A stretch of 64,000 bases of DNA from Dehalococcoidia bacterium (GTDB lineage Bacteria; Chloroflexota; Dehalococcoidia; DSTF01; WHTK01): contig CBDDBP010000006.1 of assembly GCA_965225815.1 (NCBI GenBank), forward strand, positions 314,066-378,065. Reading direction: 5' to 3'. The notes beneath the pieces were generated by a model. The model worked only from the letters and a program-made list of their open reading frames with translations. It ran no database searches and was not told the origin of the DNA. Numbering within the stretch: position 1 is the stretch's first letter; every line of letters starts with the position of its first letter. Positions 52,880-63,751 of the stretch are shown one piece after another. Both the position numbers and the translations under genes were made by a program.

Positions 52880-53110
52880 AGTACAAAGTCCTACGCCGTG
52901 CCCCCATCTACCTCCACCTTGCCGTCAACGGGCCTTCAACAACGTCAGACCTGGCAGCAGCAGCAGGCGTTTCCGTTCCCACTGCACGTGCCTACCTACA
53001 AACAATGGAACGTGGCGGGGACGTGGCAAGCGAGAGGGCAGGACGCCCGGGCAAGCGTGGCGGCAGCGTCATCGTTTGGCGGTTGTCGAATGACAAACTG
53101 ACATTCCAGT
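52880..53110 (+). pseudogene. winged-HTH protein fragment
   Basis: GPSTTSDLAAAAGVSVPTARAYL...G.V..W. Confidence 0.45.
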
Positions 53111-53612
53111 TACTTAGTAGTTTTTTCATTCAGGGATCCCGGCAGCACCTGTGTCCCCAACTCAAGGCAGGTAACAGGTAACGTCAAAGACTGTATTGAG
53201 GGGCGCCCACTTGTATCCAGCCCGGTCAGTCGGAGTTTCCTTCGCTCATGATTAAATCCTTGCCCCTTTGGGGATTTAATCACTCGCTTCGTCAACACCT
53301 CTGACGCGGCCTTGTTGGCTCAGTCGTCGCCAGCAACTTGTTGCCGGCTCGGGTGAACTCGCCGAAGAAAGGGAGTGCTTCTCCGGATCGAGCTTCCTGA
53401 GCAGGCGCATGGTATACCATCAATTAACCAGACTTCGTAGAACACGCCTTCGAAGGTGACTCTCCGGGTACGGCGCCGGCAGTCAATGCCTGAAGTAGAA
53501 TTGCCCTCATCACTGGCACACCCGGAAAGTGTGGTAATCGTCTGAATCCTGAAACCCACAAGGGAGCGGAGCAGAACCCGTGCCACACACCGGAGTTCGC
53601 TTCACCAGAGAT

Positions 53613-53753
53613 TCAGGCGTCGTTCCCTACCTCCATCACCATCGTCATCTCACCGCCGTCGTTGGTAATGATCTTCACGGCGACCTTCCCGTTGGCAGGC
53701 CGGGCGAACGGCGCCGATCTGCTCGACAACGCTGCCTCCCACTCGGCCGGATC
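53613..53753 (-). pseudogene. C-terminus of a site-specific DNA methyltransferase (Mod-like)
   Basis: DPAEWEAALSSRSAPFARPANGKVAVKIITNDGGEM. Confidence 0.55.
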
Positions 53754-54321
53754 GCTGCAGAGACCCACTGGTCCACCCGCTGCTCCAGTTCAGCTGCCGT
53801 GCCGTGCTCGCGCAGCATGTCCTGATAATCGATAGGCCACTCATGCCCAGCCTCGGCAACCATTAGGATCTTGCGGCCCATGCCGTGCGCGAGTCCGGCG
53901 ACCAGCGAGCCGCGTGCGTTGTGGATTTGCCAGCCTGTTTTGTCTTCCGGGCAGAGTCTCGCATGGTTCGCCTATGGAGCGCGGCCTGAAAGCCAACCAC
54001 GCAAAAGGACCAAGTACCCTGGGCATACGGCGTTAGCTTCCCAGGAGGGCGATTCCACTGTCTGTCTGGCTAAGAACCCAGCCCGCGGATTCGCGCGGCA
54101 TAATGAGCTAGACACAATGCCGAGACGAAAGCGGACCAGATTTGGCAGCGGTCGAGAGCTACGCGAAGCGGCGCAGAATGACTTTGGTCGTTCGCTCAGT
54201 GCCGAGGAGTGGTCCCGGGTTGATCCCGCGAACACCTACGGGCATGACGCCGAGTACGAAGTAGCGGACTTGGATGACCTGCTGGAATTGATGCGGTCAC
54301 TTCCCGGATGCGCTTCAGCGG

Positions 54322-54639
54322 GTGTTGAGCGACCCAGAGCGGATCATCGCAGAGGCACGCCGGATCAATTCTGTGGCGCCGCATCACCAGCAGTTAGGTC
54401 ATGTCTTAGCTTCACTGAAAGAGGTTGAAGCACGGCAGCGCCGTCTCATTCGCCTTTTCACGGAGGGTGAACTTCCCACTGCAATCTTGGAGGAACAGCG
54501 AACCGAACTCAGCACAAAGCGAACGGCATTGGAAGTGGAACGGCAGCCGTTGCAGTCGCTTGGCACTCAGGAGATCGACATTCACCGCATCCAGCAGAAC
54601 TTGCCCAGGGTCATTCAAAGGAAACGTACCGGCCAATGA
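54322..54639 (+). pseudogene. serine recombinase coiled-coil fragment
   Basis: LSDPERII...E.RQRRLIRLF..GEL. Confidence 0.6.
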
Positions 54640-54929
54640 GGCCTTCATCGCTGACGATTTAGCTACCATTGAACGAACATCGGCATCTATGTTCAATGGC
54701 GGCCAAATCGCATGCGTGCCACTCGAGATACCCCTGGCCTTGAGCGCTTGACGGGCACAACGATTTCATCGGTGCCGGCGGCAAGGAAAACTGCATCCGC
54801 CACCTGCGAGCTCTGGTCAAAGATGGATACGCCAAGATTCCGCAGACGTCGAGAATATATTCTCGCCTGGGAGCTTATCAGGAGCCATGAGGGAGCGAAA
54901 CGTATACGCGCGAGTGGTATGAAGGAATC

Positions 54930-56222
54930 CTAGAGCGCCGTCGTCCTCGCCCCTTCTGGAAATGTTTGGATTGCCCTATCCCCAGGACCCTGACGCTCAT
55001 GGTATGAGAGCTTACCGGCTTCATCCATGACCGGAACAGCATGGGGCGATTTCGCGATTCCGAGTATCAAGCAGGCACGACGCTCTCCAGCCTCGTCATC
55101 AAGCAGAACCTCTTTCACCTTCATGCCGGGGGCGGCGATGTCCAAATGGGAATGGATGGAGCTGTAGATGTGCTTGATTCGATTCTCAGCATCCTCAACG
55201 CCGAAGACTTTACGAGGTGCATCGCCTACGCCGATAACAATAACCCCACCCTCCGTGTTCGCGAATGCCGCGACACGCTTACAGAAGTCCTGCTCTTTGC
55301 GGCGCTTCTCTGGTCCCTTCGTGGACCACATCCCTAAGCTTTGCTTGAGGTCCCACCAAGTCTCCTCGGTGCGATTTGTCTTCACAACCTCTCGAACAAA
55401 AGCTGGCCAGAAGTCCTCGCTATCGAACAACGCACCAAGCTCCTCGGCTTTTCCTATCTCGACCACAAGGTCTCGGCACGAGTTCCTGAGGAGCTCAAAA
55501 TAGGTCACGAGGTTGTTTGTCACCGCCACAGCGACTCTAGGACGAATATCCTCGTATGGAACTTCGATAGGGCCTGAGTAAGTTTCCGGGTCTATCGAGT
55601 TGGCCTTGTCCTCGGTTACATCCATCTTAACTTTGTTAAGCGTGTTGCTGAATCTCGTGCGAAACCCTAAGGCATATTCAGTGCAAATGCGCACTTGCTG
55701 GTCGTCGCTAAGGTCCAGGGCGTCGCCGGGGTCCCGCTCCGCGAGCCTGGTCGAACCCCAGATCTTATAGGTGAAGAGGATCGATGGGCCTCGCTCGTCG
55801 CACTCTTGGAGCCATTTCACAAAGTCTAAGAAGGTGCCAACCTGTGGAGTTCTAGAGTTGCACAGATTGGCCACGGATTCCACGAGGCCGAGATATGTCG
55901 CCGGAGCGTCCTTGGATTGAAGAGCCTTGGCATCGTTCAGGAGCTTCTGAAGGGCCTCACGAGCCTCAACCGTCCTTGCTTTCAGGACGTCGAGGCTATC
56001 GATTCTCTCCCGCACCCACCAGGCGATCTCGTCTTCGGCGACCAGTCTGCCAAAGTCAGTCCGGCGGGACGACTTGAAGCCATGCTCGTTCACTGTTTCC
56101 TCGTGAAGTGCTACGTCCATCTTCCGCGCGGATCGAATGATGCGCGCATGAGCCTCGCCGAGCTGGCGAAGGGGAGCTTGGCTTAACATTTCGTCGTAGG
56201 CTGCTTCTTCCAAGACCTTCAT
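54930..56222 (-). CDS. protein with a C-terminal AlbA_2 (Schlafen-like) domain
   Basis: WDLKQ...VAAFANTEGGVIVIGVGD; N-terminal ~280 aa not recognised. Confidence 0.75.
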   Translation of the reverse strand: MKVLEEAAYDEMLSQAPLRQLGEAHARIIRSARKMDVALHEETVNEHGFKSSRRTDFGRLVAEDEIAWWVRERIDSLDVLKARTVEAREALQKLLNDAKALQSKDAPATYLGLVESVANLCNSRTPQVGTFLDFVKWLQECDERGPSILFTYKIWGSTRLAERDPGDALDLSDDQQVRICTEYALGFRTRFSNTLNKVKMDVTEDKANSIDPETYSGPIEVPYEDIRPRVAVAVTNNLVTYFELLRNSCRDLVVEIGKAEELGALFDSEDFWPAFVREVVKTNRTEETWWDLKQSLGMWSTKGPEKRRKEQDFCKRVAAFANTEGGVIVIGVGDAPRKVFGVEDAENRIKHIYSSIHSHLDIAAPGMKVKEVLLDDEAGERRACLILGIAKSPHAVPVMDEAGKLSYHERQGPGDRAIQTFPEGARTTAL

Positions 56223-56757
56223 CCTCCAGCTCCAGCAAACCTTTTGTCTTCTTCTTCGTCTTCCTCAAGATCTTTAGCATACTGACCGGCGACCGGAACG
56301 CGGTGATCTTCGAGAATACGGAACGGTTTTGAGCCGGTGTTCGACCGAAGCCATCACATCCACTCGACCGCAAACATGCCGACGTGGTACACAGGTAAGC
56401 CATGCCACTTCACGAACCGCAGGTCGTCGATGGCCCCGGAGTTGATGTCGGTAAATCGATCGGCCCGGTGCCGCTCTAGGAACTAAGCAAAGATCGACAG
56501 TTCCAGAGGGGGCCCAGACTCCGAAGATCGACAGTCAGCCTGTGCAGGGCGGTCTGCCCGGCTTATTTGAGGACAAGTTGATGCGCCCCAAAGGCGCCGG
56601 GCGTCAGTAAAGTCATTGTCGGCCGTGGAGCCACTTGTCGCCTTCTACGACAAGCGAACCGCAACTCGGTGGACAGCACCTACTCGACAGCAGTATCGCT
56701 GGCTGCTCCGCAATATGTTGGAACCTAGCAAGCAACTTGGCAGGCCGCAGCGTGGGC

Positions 56758-57234
56758 CTACTCGAACTCCTGCAAACCGAACCGCTTCTCGGCCAAACCC
56801 TCGCAACCGCTACAACCGCTGTTGCAGTAATTCTCACTCCGTATTCCAGCCTGCAGATATACATCGAAGTCAAAGGCGTCGATTATAGAATCGGGGTTCC
56901 ACCCAACCGATACCTCGGCTCGTCCACGATCATTGTTCCAGACGTATATCCACAGCACTGCGCGTTCGACATCTGCAAGATCGACAGGGACCGGCGTTGC
57001 AGATGGTTCCGGTGTTGGCACAGGAGTGCGAGTAGGGACGGGACGCGGCGTAGAGGTTACGGACGGCCCCTGGGTAGGGGTTGGAGCCAAGGTGCCAATC
57101 ACGACCGGCGCATCTTCATCTGGCGGCTCACCCCCGCCACAAGCCGCCAGAGCGATCATCGCGGTCAGGAGTACCGCCGACCTTAGCCATGTCACGAATG
57201 ATGCCCCCTTGTAAGCTGAATCAGGCACTGACAA
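56758..57234 (-). CDS. Pro/Thr-rich lipoprotein, possibly truncated
   Basis: LAAC lipobox; PT linker. Confidence 0.5.
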   Translation of the reverse strand: MSVPDSAYKGASFVTWLRSAVLLTAMIALAACGGGEPPDEDAPVVIGTLAPTPTQGPSVTSTPRPVPTRTPVPTPEPSATPVPVDLADVERAVLWIYVWNNDRGRAEVSVGWNPDSIIDAFDFDVYLQAGIRSENYCNSGCSGCEGLAEKRFGLQEFE

Positions 57235-57472
57235 GTTGGAACACCAGTCCGTTACCTAGGGCGCAAACAAGGGGGCACGCGTGCCGTGCCCTTTGGCTTC
57301 TAAACGCCCTAGAGTTAACGGTAGATTGGTGTTCCGCGGAGACTATGGACGACGTGAAGGTTTGAAGTCAACCAAACCTCGGGGGGCCTTCCGTGATTAT
57401 GGGGCGGTTAAGGAATGCTAGAAGCGCGGCGGCTGACGGGCTTTCGTTCGCTTTGCTATATCGCTGTCCTTC

Positions 57473-57702
57473 TACATCGAGAGCTTCAACGGGCGGCTGC
57501 GCGACGAATGCCTCAACGAGCATTGGTTCATGAGCCTTCCCTTGGCCCGAACCATCGTGGAGAGCTGGCGGGACGACTACAATGCCCTTCGGCCCCACAG
57601 TGCTCTGGGCAACCAAACGCCCCAGGAGTTTGCACAACAGATGGCTAGGAAATCCCCAGTCGGATTCTAGGAATCCTTGGACCTAATCCGGGGAGCAGGT
57701 CA
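57473..57702 (+). mobile_element. IS3-family transposase 3' remnant with right end
   Basis: YIESFNGRLRDECLN.HWF...W..DYN..RPHSALG..TP; ends ...GGGGAGCAGGTCA. Confidence 0.85.
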
Positions 57703-57731
57703 ATACCCTTGTCAGGGGTTACACCGGGGTT

Positions 57732-57917
57732 TCAGCAGAATGGCAGACCGCCCAAGTCGGTATAGGCCCTTTCCAACTGGCCTTGCAGGCTGCTTGGCAC
57801 ACACCCGCTCAACTGGTTATCGCTTAGGTCCAGCACTGTCAGGCTGGCGAGGTAGTCCAGTTCCGGGGGTATCTCCCCGCTCAACAGGTTCACGCGGAGG
57901 TCCAGTGATTCCAAGTC
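57732..57917 (-). pseudogene. plant-type leucine-rich repeat protein, C-terminal fragment
   Basis: LDL..N.LSGEIPPEL..L..L..LDLS.NQLSGCVP. Confidence 0.8.
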
Positions 57918-59818
57918 GGCCAGGTGCCGAAAGCTCCGGCCACCTTGGCACCCTGCTCCAGGCAGGCAAGCGGATCGTCATCACCACCGTCCAGAAGTTC
58001 CCGTTCATCCTCGACGCCATCGGCAACGAGCACCGCGGGCACAAGTTCGCCATCATCATCGACGAGGCCCACTCGAGCCAGGGCGGACGTACTTCGGCGT
58101 CTGTGTCTATGGCGCTGGGAGAAGCCGGTGCGGAAGATGAAGAAGACACCACAGAGGACAAGATCAACCGGCTGATGGAGTCAAAGAAGCTTTTGGCCAA
58201 CGCCAGCTACTTCGCCTTCACGGCCACCCCCAAGAGCAAGACCCTGGAGATCTTCGGCGACCCGTCGCCCGAGGCCGGCAACACCAGGCATCTCCCCTTC
58301 CACTCCTACACGATGAAACAGGCGATCCAGGAAGGGTTCATCATCGACGTGCTGGAGAACTACACGCCGGTGGACAGCTACTACCGGCTGGTCAAGACGG
58401 TGGAAGCAGACCCAGAGTTCGACACCAAGCGGGCCGGGAAGAAGCTGCGGCGCTACGTGGAGGACCATGACCAGGCCATCCGCCTCAAGGCCGAGATCAT
58501 GGTCGACCACTTCCACGAGCAGGTGGCCGGGCTCCAGAAGATCGGCGGGCAGGCGCGGGCCATGGTGGTGACGAGCAGCGTCCAGCGGGCCGTCAGCTAC
58601 TTCTACGCCATCCGGGGCTACTTGGCGGAGCGCAAGAGTCCCTACCGGGCGATCGTCGCCTTCTCCGGCGAGCACGACTACGACGGTGAGAAGGTCACCG
58701 AGGCGTCCCTCAACGGCTTCTCGTCGAACCTCATAGCAGACAGGATTCAGGAAGACCCCTATCGCTTCCTGGTCTGCGCCGACAAGTTCCAGACCGGCTA
58801 CGACGAGCCGCTGCTGCACACAATGTACGTGGATAAGATTTTGTCCGGCGTCAAGGCGGTTCAGACGCTATCGCGCCTCAACCGGGCCCACCCCAAGAAG
58901 CACGACGCCTTCGTGCTAGGACTTCAACAACGATGCCGACACGATCCAGGACGCCTTCGCCGACTACTACCGGACCACGGTCCTGGCGGAGGAGACCGAC
59001 CCCGATAGGCTCCACGACCTCAAGGCGGCGCTCGACGGCCATCAGATTTACAGCCCGGCGCAGGTGGACGAGCTGGTGGAGCGCTATCTCTTAGGAGCCG
59101 ACCGCGACCGGCTCGACCCGATCCCTAGACGCCTGCGTCTCGCTCTACCGGGAACAGTTGGACGAGGACGGCCAGGTGAACTTCAAGGGCAAGGCAAAAG
59201 GCGTTCCTCCGAACCTACGGGTTTTTGGCAGCCATTCTGCCCTATGGCAACGCCGAGTGGGAGAAGCTCTCCATCTTCCTGACCTTCCTCGTTCCCAAGC
59301 TGCCCGCTCCCATCGAGGACGACCTGTCGAAGGGAATTCTTGAGGCCATCGACATGGACAGCTATCGGGTGGAGAAGCAGGCAGCGCGCGACATCCAACT
59401 TCCCGACGAGGACGCCGAGATCGAGCCGGCCTCCCCAAGCGGCGGCGGGCAGAAGCCGGAAGCGGAGATGGAGCGGCTCTCCAGCATCATCAGGGAGTTC
59501 AACGACCGATTCGGCAACATCGAGTGGAAGGATCAGGACAAGATCGAGAGGGTGATTGCCGAGGAGCTGCCCGCGAAGGTTGCCGCCGACAGGGCGTACC
59601 AGAACGCGATGGCCAACTCTGATAAAGAGAACGCCCGAATCGAGCACGACAAAGCCCTGGAGCGCGCCATGACCGAGCTTTTGGCAGACCACACAGAGCT
59701 ATTCAAGCAGTTCAGCGACAACGAGTCGTTCAGCCGGTGGCTGCGCGAGATGACGTTCGCCGCGACCTACCTCGGGGCTGCCGGTTCTGCCACTGGGCCT
59801 GGAAGCAAAGTGGGCTGA
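57918..59818 (+). pseudogene. hsdR: type I restriction subunit R, N-terminally truncated, frameshifts near 58920, 59130 and 59200
   Basis: TTVQKF, IIDEAHSSQ, AFTATPK, KFQTGYDEP, QTLSRLNR. Confidence 0.88.
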
Positions 59819-59843
59819 CGGCTGAAAGCCGCGTTGACTCTGA

Positions 59844-59871
59844 CCTAACACGATGGCTGTATAGCGTGACC
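59844..59871 (-). other. 28-bp palindromic site S7 (inverted)
   Basis: reverse complement GGTCACGCTAT-ACAGCC-ATCGTGTTAGG, 26 nt after the hsdR stop. Confidence 0.65.
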
Positions 59872-60013
59872 TCTCTTATGAAGGAGCACGCCATGCCCAA
59901 TGCCGTCGCCTACCTCGACGAGTCCACTGCCTCGGTCTGGGAGCGCACCCACGGGGAACATCCGAGCGCTTGTGTTCATATCTTAGGTAAAGTCCGTAAC
60001 GGCGAGAGCGCAG

Positions 60014-60547
60014 ATGAGCAAGCGAATTAGCGTGGCGGCTATGGCAGTGGCGGTTCTTGTCTTCATCGCAGCGTGCGGATCCGACGCAACCCCCATGCCC
60101 ACACCCGCATCCCCGGCGGCCACCCATACGCCCTCAACGGCGACTCCTACGGTGAGCGACCCTGACTCGGTTCAGGCAACTCTCCTGCGGTATCAGGACC
60201 GTTGGGAGCGTTCCGGCATCACGGATTACGACTACACGGGCGCGTGGTCCTGCTTCTGCCCCCAGGAGTATCTTGCCGACGTGGCAGTTACCGTACGTGG
60301 CGGGGTTGTCACGAGCGTTGAGTTTGCAGGTGAGGAGTTCACGGTTGTGCCCCCGTTGCCGGAGCGATTCGTTCCCGTCGAAGAGCTGTTCGCGCTCCTG
60401 CAGGACGCTGTTACGCGAAACGCCGCGCGCATCGAAGTGTCCTACGACGAACGCTACGGCTACCCCGCAGAACTGTTCATCGACTACGACGAGCGCATAG
60501 CGGACGAGGAGACGAGATTCGTCATGCGCGGGTTTACGCTCCGGTAG
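60014..60547 (+). CDS. DUF6174-like lipoprotein
   Basis: IAAC lipobox; W...GI.DY.Y....SCFCP; V.YD..YGYP. Confidence 0.8.
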   Translation: MSKRISVAAMAVAVLVFIAACGSDATPMPTPASPAATHTPSTATPTVSDPDSVQATLLRYQDRWERSGITDYDYTGAWSCFCPQEYLADVAVTVRGGVVTSVEFAGEEFTVVPPLPERFVPVEELFALLQDAVTRNAARIEVSYDERYGYPAELFIDYDERIADEETRFVMRGFTLR

Positions 60548-60889
60548 CCACCACACGCGTGTAACCTATGCCCATGCCAGCCCATGGCATGCGGAGCGAC
60601 CAGTCCCTGTTCGAACACATGCGGCGTCAGCGCAAGGCTGAGAACGCGCCCCATCTATCGCTCACGCTCTAGGGCAAGGCCGGCTTGAAGCAAACGGTGG
60701 ATACTGATCTTCCATTCCATTGGTTCGATCCGCGCCAATGCCCGCGAGCTCGATATCCAGTACTTGCTTGGTCATGCAAGCCCGATAAGAGGCGCATGGG
60801 GCGACGAGCGACCATCGCCTGCAGGCAGTAGTGGGCCGGCCCACGTCTATCTCTTCATGGGATGGGTGCGGGACCGCGGCGTGAAGCAC

Positions 60890-61025
60890 CGGTACTCAGC
60901 ACCGCCGCCAGCGTGAGGTCAAGGCGTTCTTCTCCTGGTGTCGGCGCATGGACTACGTCGAGGAGAACCCGTTCATGCGGGTGCCGATGGTTCGGCGCGA
61001 GCAGAAGGTCGTTTTGCCGTTTACT
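60890..61025 (+). pseudogene. tyrosine integrase N-terminal fragment
   Basis: VKAFFSWCRRMDYVEENPF..V. Confidence 0.6.
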
Positions 61026-61029
61026 AAAG

Positions 61030-61350
61030 ACGCCGACGTTCTGCTGGCCGGTTACACGTCGCTGGGGTACGAGCTAGTTGTCATCTCAGCCGACATAGAG
61101 GAGGGCGAGGGCGCTTGGCGATCAAATCAGCGGCAGGCCTTTCACTACGATGACTTCCTGGGCCGCGTGACCTACGGGGAGCTTCATCTAGGGAAGAACG
61201 AAGAGTCGCGACTAGCACACTTCATAGAGCGAGTCCGGAATAGCACCGACAAGAGGTTCATTCTAACAACGAGGGAGTACATTCTTTCCGAAGCTCTGAG
61301 TGGTTACGAGCGACTCTCTGACGTTGAAGTCGGGGGTTACAAGAGCATAG
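61030..61350 (+). pseudogene. nSTAND3-like NTPase fragment fused in frame to the integrase fragment
   Basis: F.YDDFLG...KNE...L..FI.......KRFILTTREYIL. Confidence 0.65.
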
Positions 61351-62037
61351 TGTCTACCAAGGGCTCGGAGCCGGATTCGTTGACGATAAGGAGCGCGACT
61401 CGGAGGCGTCATTGGCGCAGAGGCGAGAGGGTGGGCTCAGCGCCCCTCGACGAGTTCCACTTGCGAGGTCGGCCGCCAGGCGAAAGCGCTACGGCCTCCC
61501 CAACGATCATTTCTGGACGCGGTGCTCGTAGGCCTCGCAATCACCCGGAACAGCCGACGGGCCTAATCATGTAGATTGGCGTGCGACCTCACGACCTAAG
61601 CGCTCAAGGCAAGGATTCGCTCGAATGGCACGTATGCGATTTGGCCGCTATTGAACAGTGATGCCGATGTTCGTCCAGTGGTGAGTAAAGGCTATCCCTT
61701 TTTGCTGACTGTTGCTTTGCCGCGCTAGCTCGCGGAACGGTATGCTCGGCTCTGGTCACCGCGGTGGCTTTCGATGGGTAACGCCATGTCTTCACCTAGA
61801 CCAAAGCAGACCATCTTGTACGGGCTGACTGCCGATCTTGGGAGTCTGGGCTACCGACGTGACAGTCGATCTTTGCTTAGTCCTTAGTTCCGTCCTCGTC
61901 ATCTCGCCAGCATGATGAGCGAATGCGGATCAATTGACAGCACCCGTCGCCGGCGACAAGCTTTGTAAAGCTTGGCCAAAGATCAGCCTACCCACCGTAA
62001 CACCTCGTATTCCTCAACTTGGTTCTACTTCGTGGCC

Positions 62038-62644
62038 GTGAGGCGCGAGCTGAACCGCGTCCTGTTGGTCTTGCTTGCCATCGGTACCTTGGGCGCGCTA
62101 GCTTGCTCCGGCGGCGATGACGACGCGGCCGCTGGCACTCAGGCGACGCCGGCCACCCCAGCGCCAACCAGCACTCTGGAGATAGCACCGACTCAGGCAC
62201 CCTCCGTCGGACCAACCGATACCTCGCGTGACCTGACCGGCTTCCCGTTCTCGACCGCCGACTTGCGTCAGGCAATCGAAACGGCGGGATACTCACTTCG
62301 CTCCACGGACGAACATCGCCCCCATCTGTCCCCAGACGTCGGTGCCTGAGCAGGCCTTCTGGTCTGTCAACCTCACCGACGGCGACTCTGGGCCGATCCT
62401 GGTGCTCTGGGTCTATCCCAACTCTGAGACGCTCAAAGCCGATTGGCAGGCAGAACCGGGACAGGCGCCGCAGTCGCTTCTGTCCAAATGCGGCCTGCCG
62501 AGCGGGTTTGCTTATTGGAACGAGAACTCAATAATGGTATTCGCGGCTTGGTTCAGCCTTGGCATCGAATCGGCGACCAGCCCCGATGAGCAGAGCCCCG
62601 GCCAACATCCAGCAGTGCAGGCCTTCCTCGAACTCAGCCCTTGA
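62038..62644 (+). pseudogene. lipoprotein, frameshifted near 62330
   Basis: ALAC lipobox; two consecutive ORFs. Confidence 0.55.
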
Positions 62645-62751
62645 GCATTGCTAGCTAGATAAGATGGAGCCTGGAGGAACGTGACCAATGAATCTGTTCA
62701 CACGCTATCGACGCTGGTTAATTGGTCCCAGTGCATGGTATGCCAAGGGCC

Positions 62752-63049
62752 TGGCACCGAAGCTCGCAACAATCCGCGACCGGGGCACATCGCCGGTGCC
62801 GTCCATCTCGAATGGACGGAGTTGCTAGACCCGGAGTCGCGGACCTTCAAGCCGGCCGATGAGCTGCGGGCACTGCTAAACGGGCGCGGCATTACGCCCG
62901 AAAGCGAGATTAACTGCTACTGACAGGGCGGCGGACGCTCGGCGGTCGCCGTGCTGGTACTGAAGCTCCTCGGCTACGAAAACGCACGCAACTACGCTGG
63001 GTCCTTCGGGCAATGGTCTGGCGAGCGGAACACTCCAATCGACGCCTGA
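62752..63049 (+). pseudogene. sulfurtransferase (rhodanese) C-terminal domain with in-frame UGA at the catalytic site
   Basis: RPGHIAGA..LEW...CY-TGA(62921)-QGGGRSA...LGY....NYAGSFGQW. Confidence 0.8.
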
Positions 63050-63080
63050 CCAAGCCTCGGTGCTGCCAAGCAGCCGTAAT

Positions 63081-63103
63081 GAGTTCCAGGAGATGAAGAT
63101 GCA
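63081..63103 (+). repeat. outlying partial gene-end repeat R12
   Basis: GAGTTCCAGGAGATGAAGATGCA followed by TTGACA. Confidence 0.65.
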
Positions 63104-63195
63104 AGATTGACACTCCCAAGGGCCTGCGGCTGTTGGTGAACCGTTGGTACGGTAATAGAACAGGCGTGCTATGCTGCTCTCGCTCCTAGGGTTAT

Positions 63196-63695
63196 GATGC
63201 TGCATTCATGTGAGTGGCAAGGCAACCGGCCTGTAGCATGGGACGCCAAACTTCTGAAGTCAGGCGAGCATTTGCCAGAAGATGTCAAGCGAGCTCTCTT
63301 GGGGTCAAGGCGGAGAATCCTATTCGTGGAGGGCACGGCCAACAGCCTTGACCCTGCCATTGTATGGAGCCTTGCAGGGCGGTCAGGGGCTTACGCAGCT
63401 CCGACGAATTTCACCACGTTGAGGCAATCTGATTGATCGATAGAGACGACCGTACTGAAGACGAGGTCGGAGAGCTCGTCCAGGACAGCATATTTTGCTT
63501 TTGACGTGTACTCCGTGGAATCGCTGTACTACTGTACGGACGCCATCAAAGCCGTGGCTCGCAGGCAGGCGGATTCCTTGGGCAGCAATTCTGATGAAAT
63601 GATTTCGACGGCAACGCAGAGTGCACTGCGGGTTATTGCTGATACTAGCGACCTCTCCGAAAGAATGGCCGCAAGGCGGAGCGAAAGGCTCGTAT
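63196..63695 (+). pseudogene. OLD/TOPRIM-type ATPase-nuclease fragments
   Basis: ILFVEG...SLD and GLIDRD, Y.VES.YY motifs in broken frames. Confidence 0.55.
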
Positions 63696-63751
63696 ACTAA
63701 GCAAAGATTGCCATTACTGGAGGGGGCCCAGACTCCGAAGATCGACAGTCA
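63696..63751 (+). repeat. third copy of the 56482/61881 terminal repeat
   Basis: ACTAAGCAAAGAT...GAGGGGGCCCAGACTCCGAAGATCGACAGTCA, coinciding with truncation of the upstream ORF. Confidence 0.75.

Larger units (their letters stand above)
56482..61881. mobile_element. 5.4-kb segment bounded by ~60-bp imperfect inverted repeats
   Basis: 56482 ACTAAGCAAAGATCGACAGT..CCCAGACTCCGAAGATCGACAGTCAGCC versus 61823-61881 GGCTGACTGCCGATCTTGGGAGTCTGGG..CAGTCGATCTTTGCTTAGT. Confidence 0.6.

Noticed and set aside
57677-57917. N-terminal 80 aa of the 443-aa ORF as part of HsdR
   Set aside because: It is the IS3 end plus the antisense of the LRR fragment, fused by a junction.
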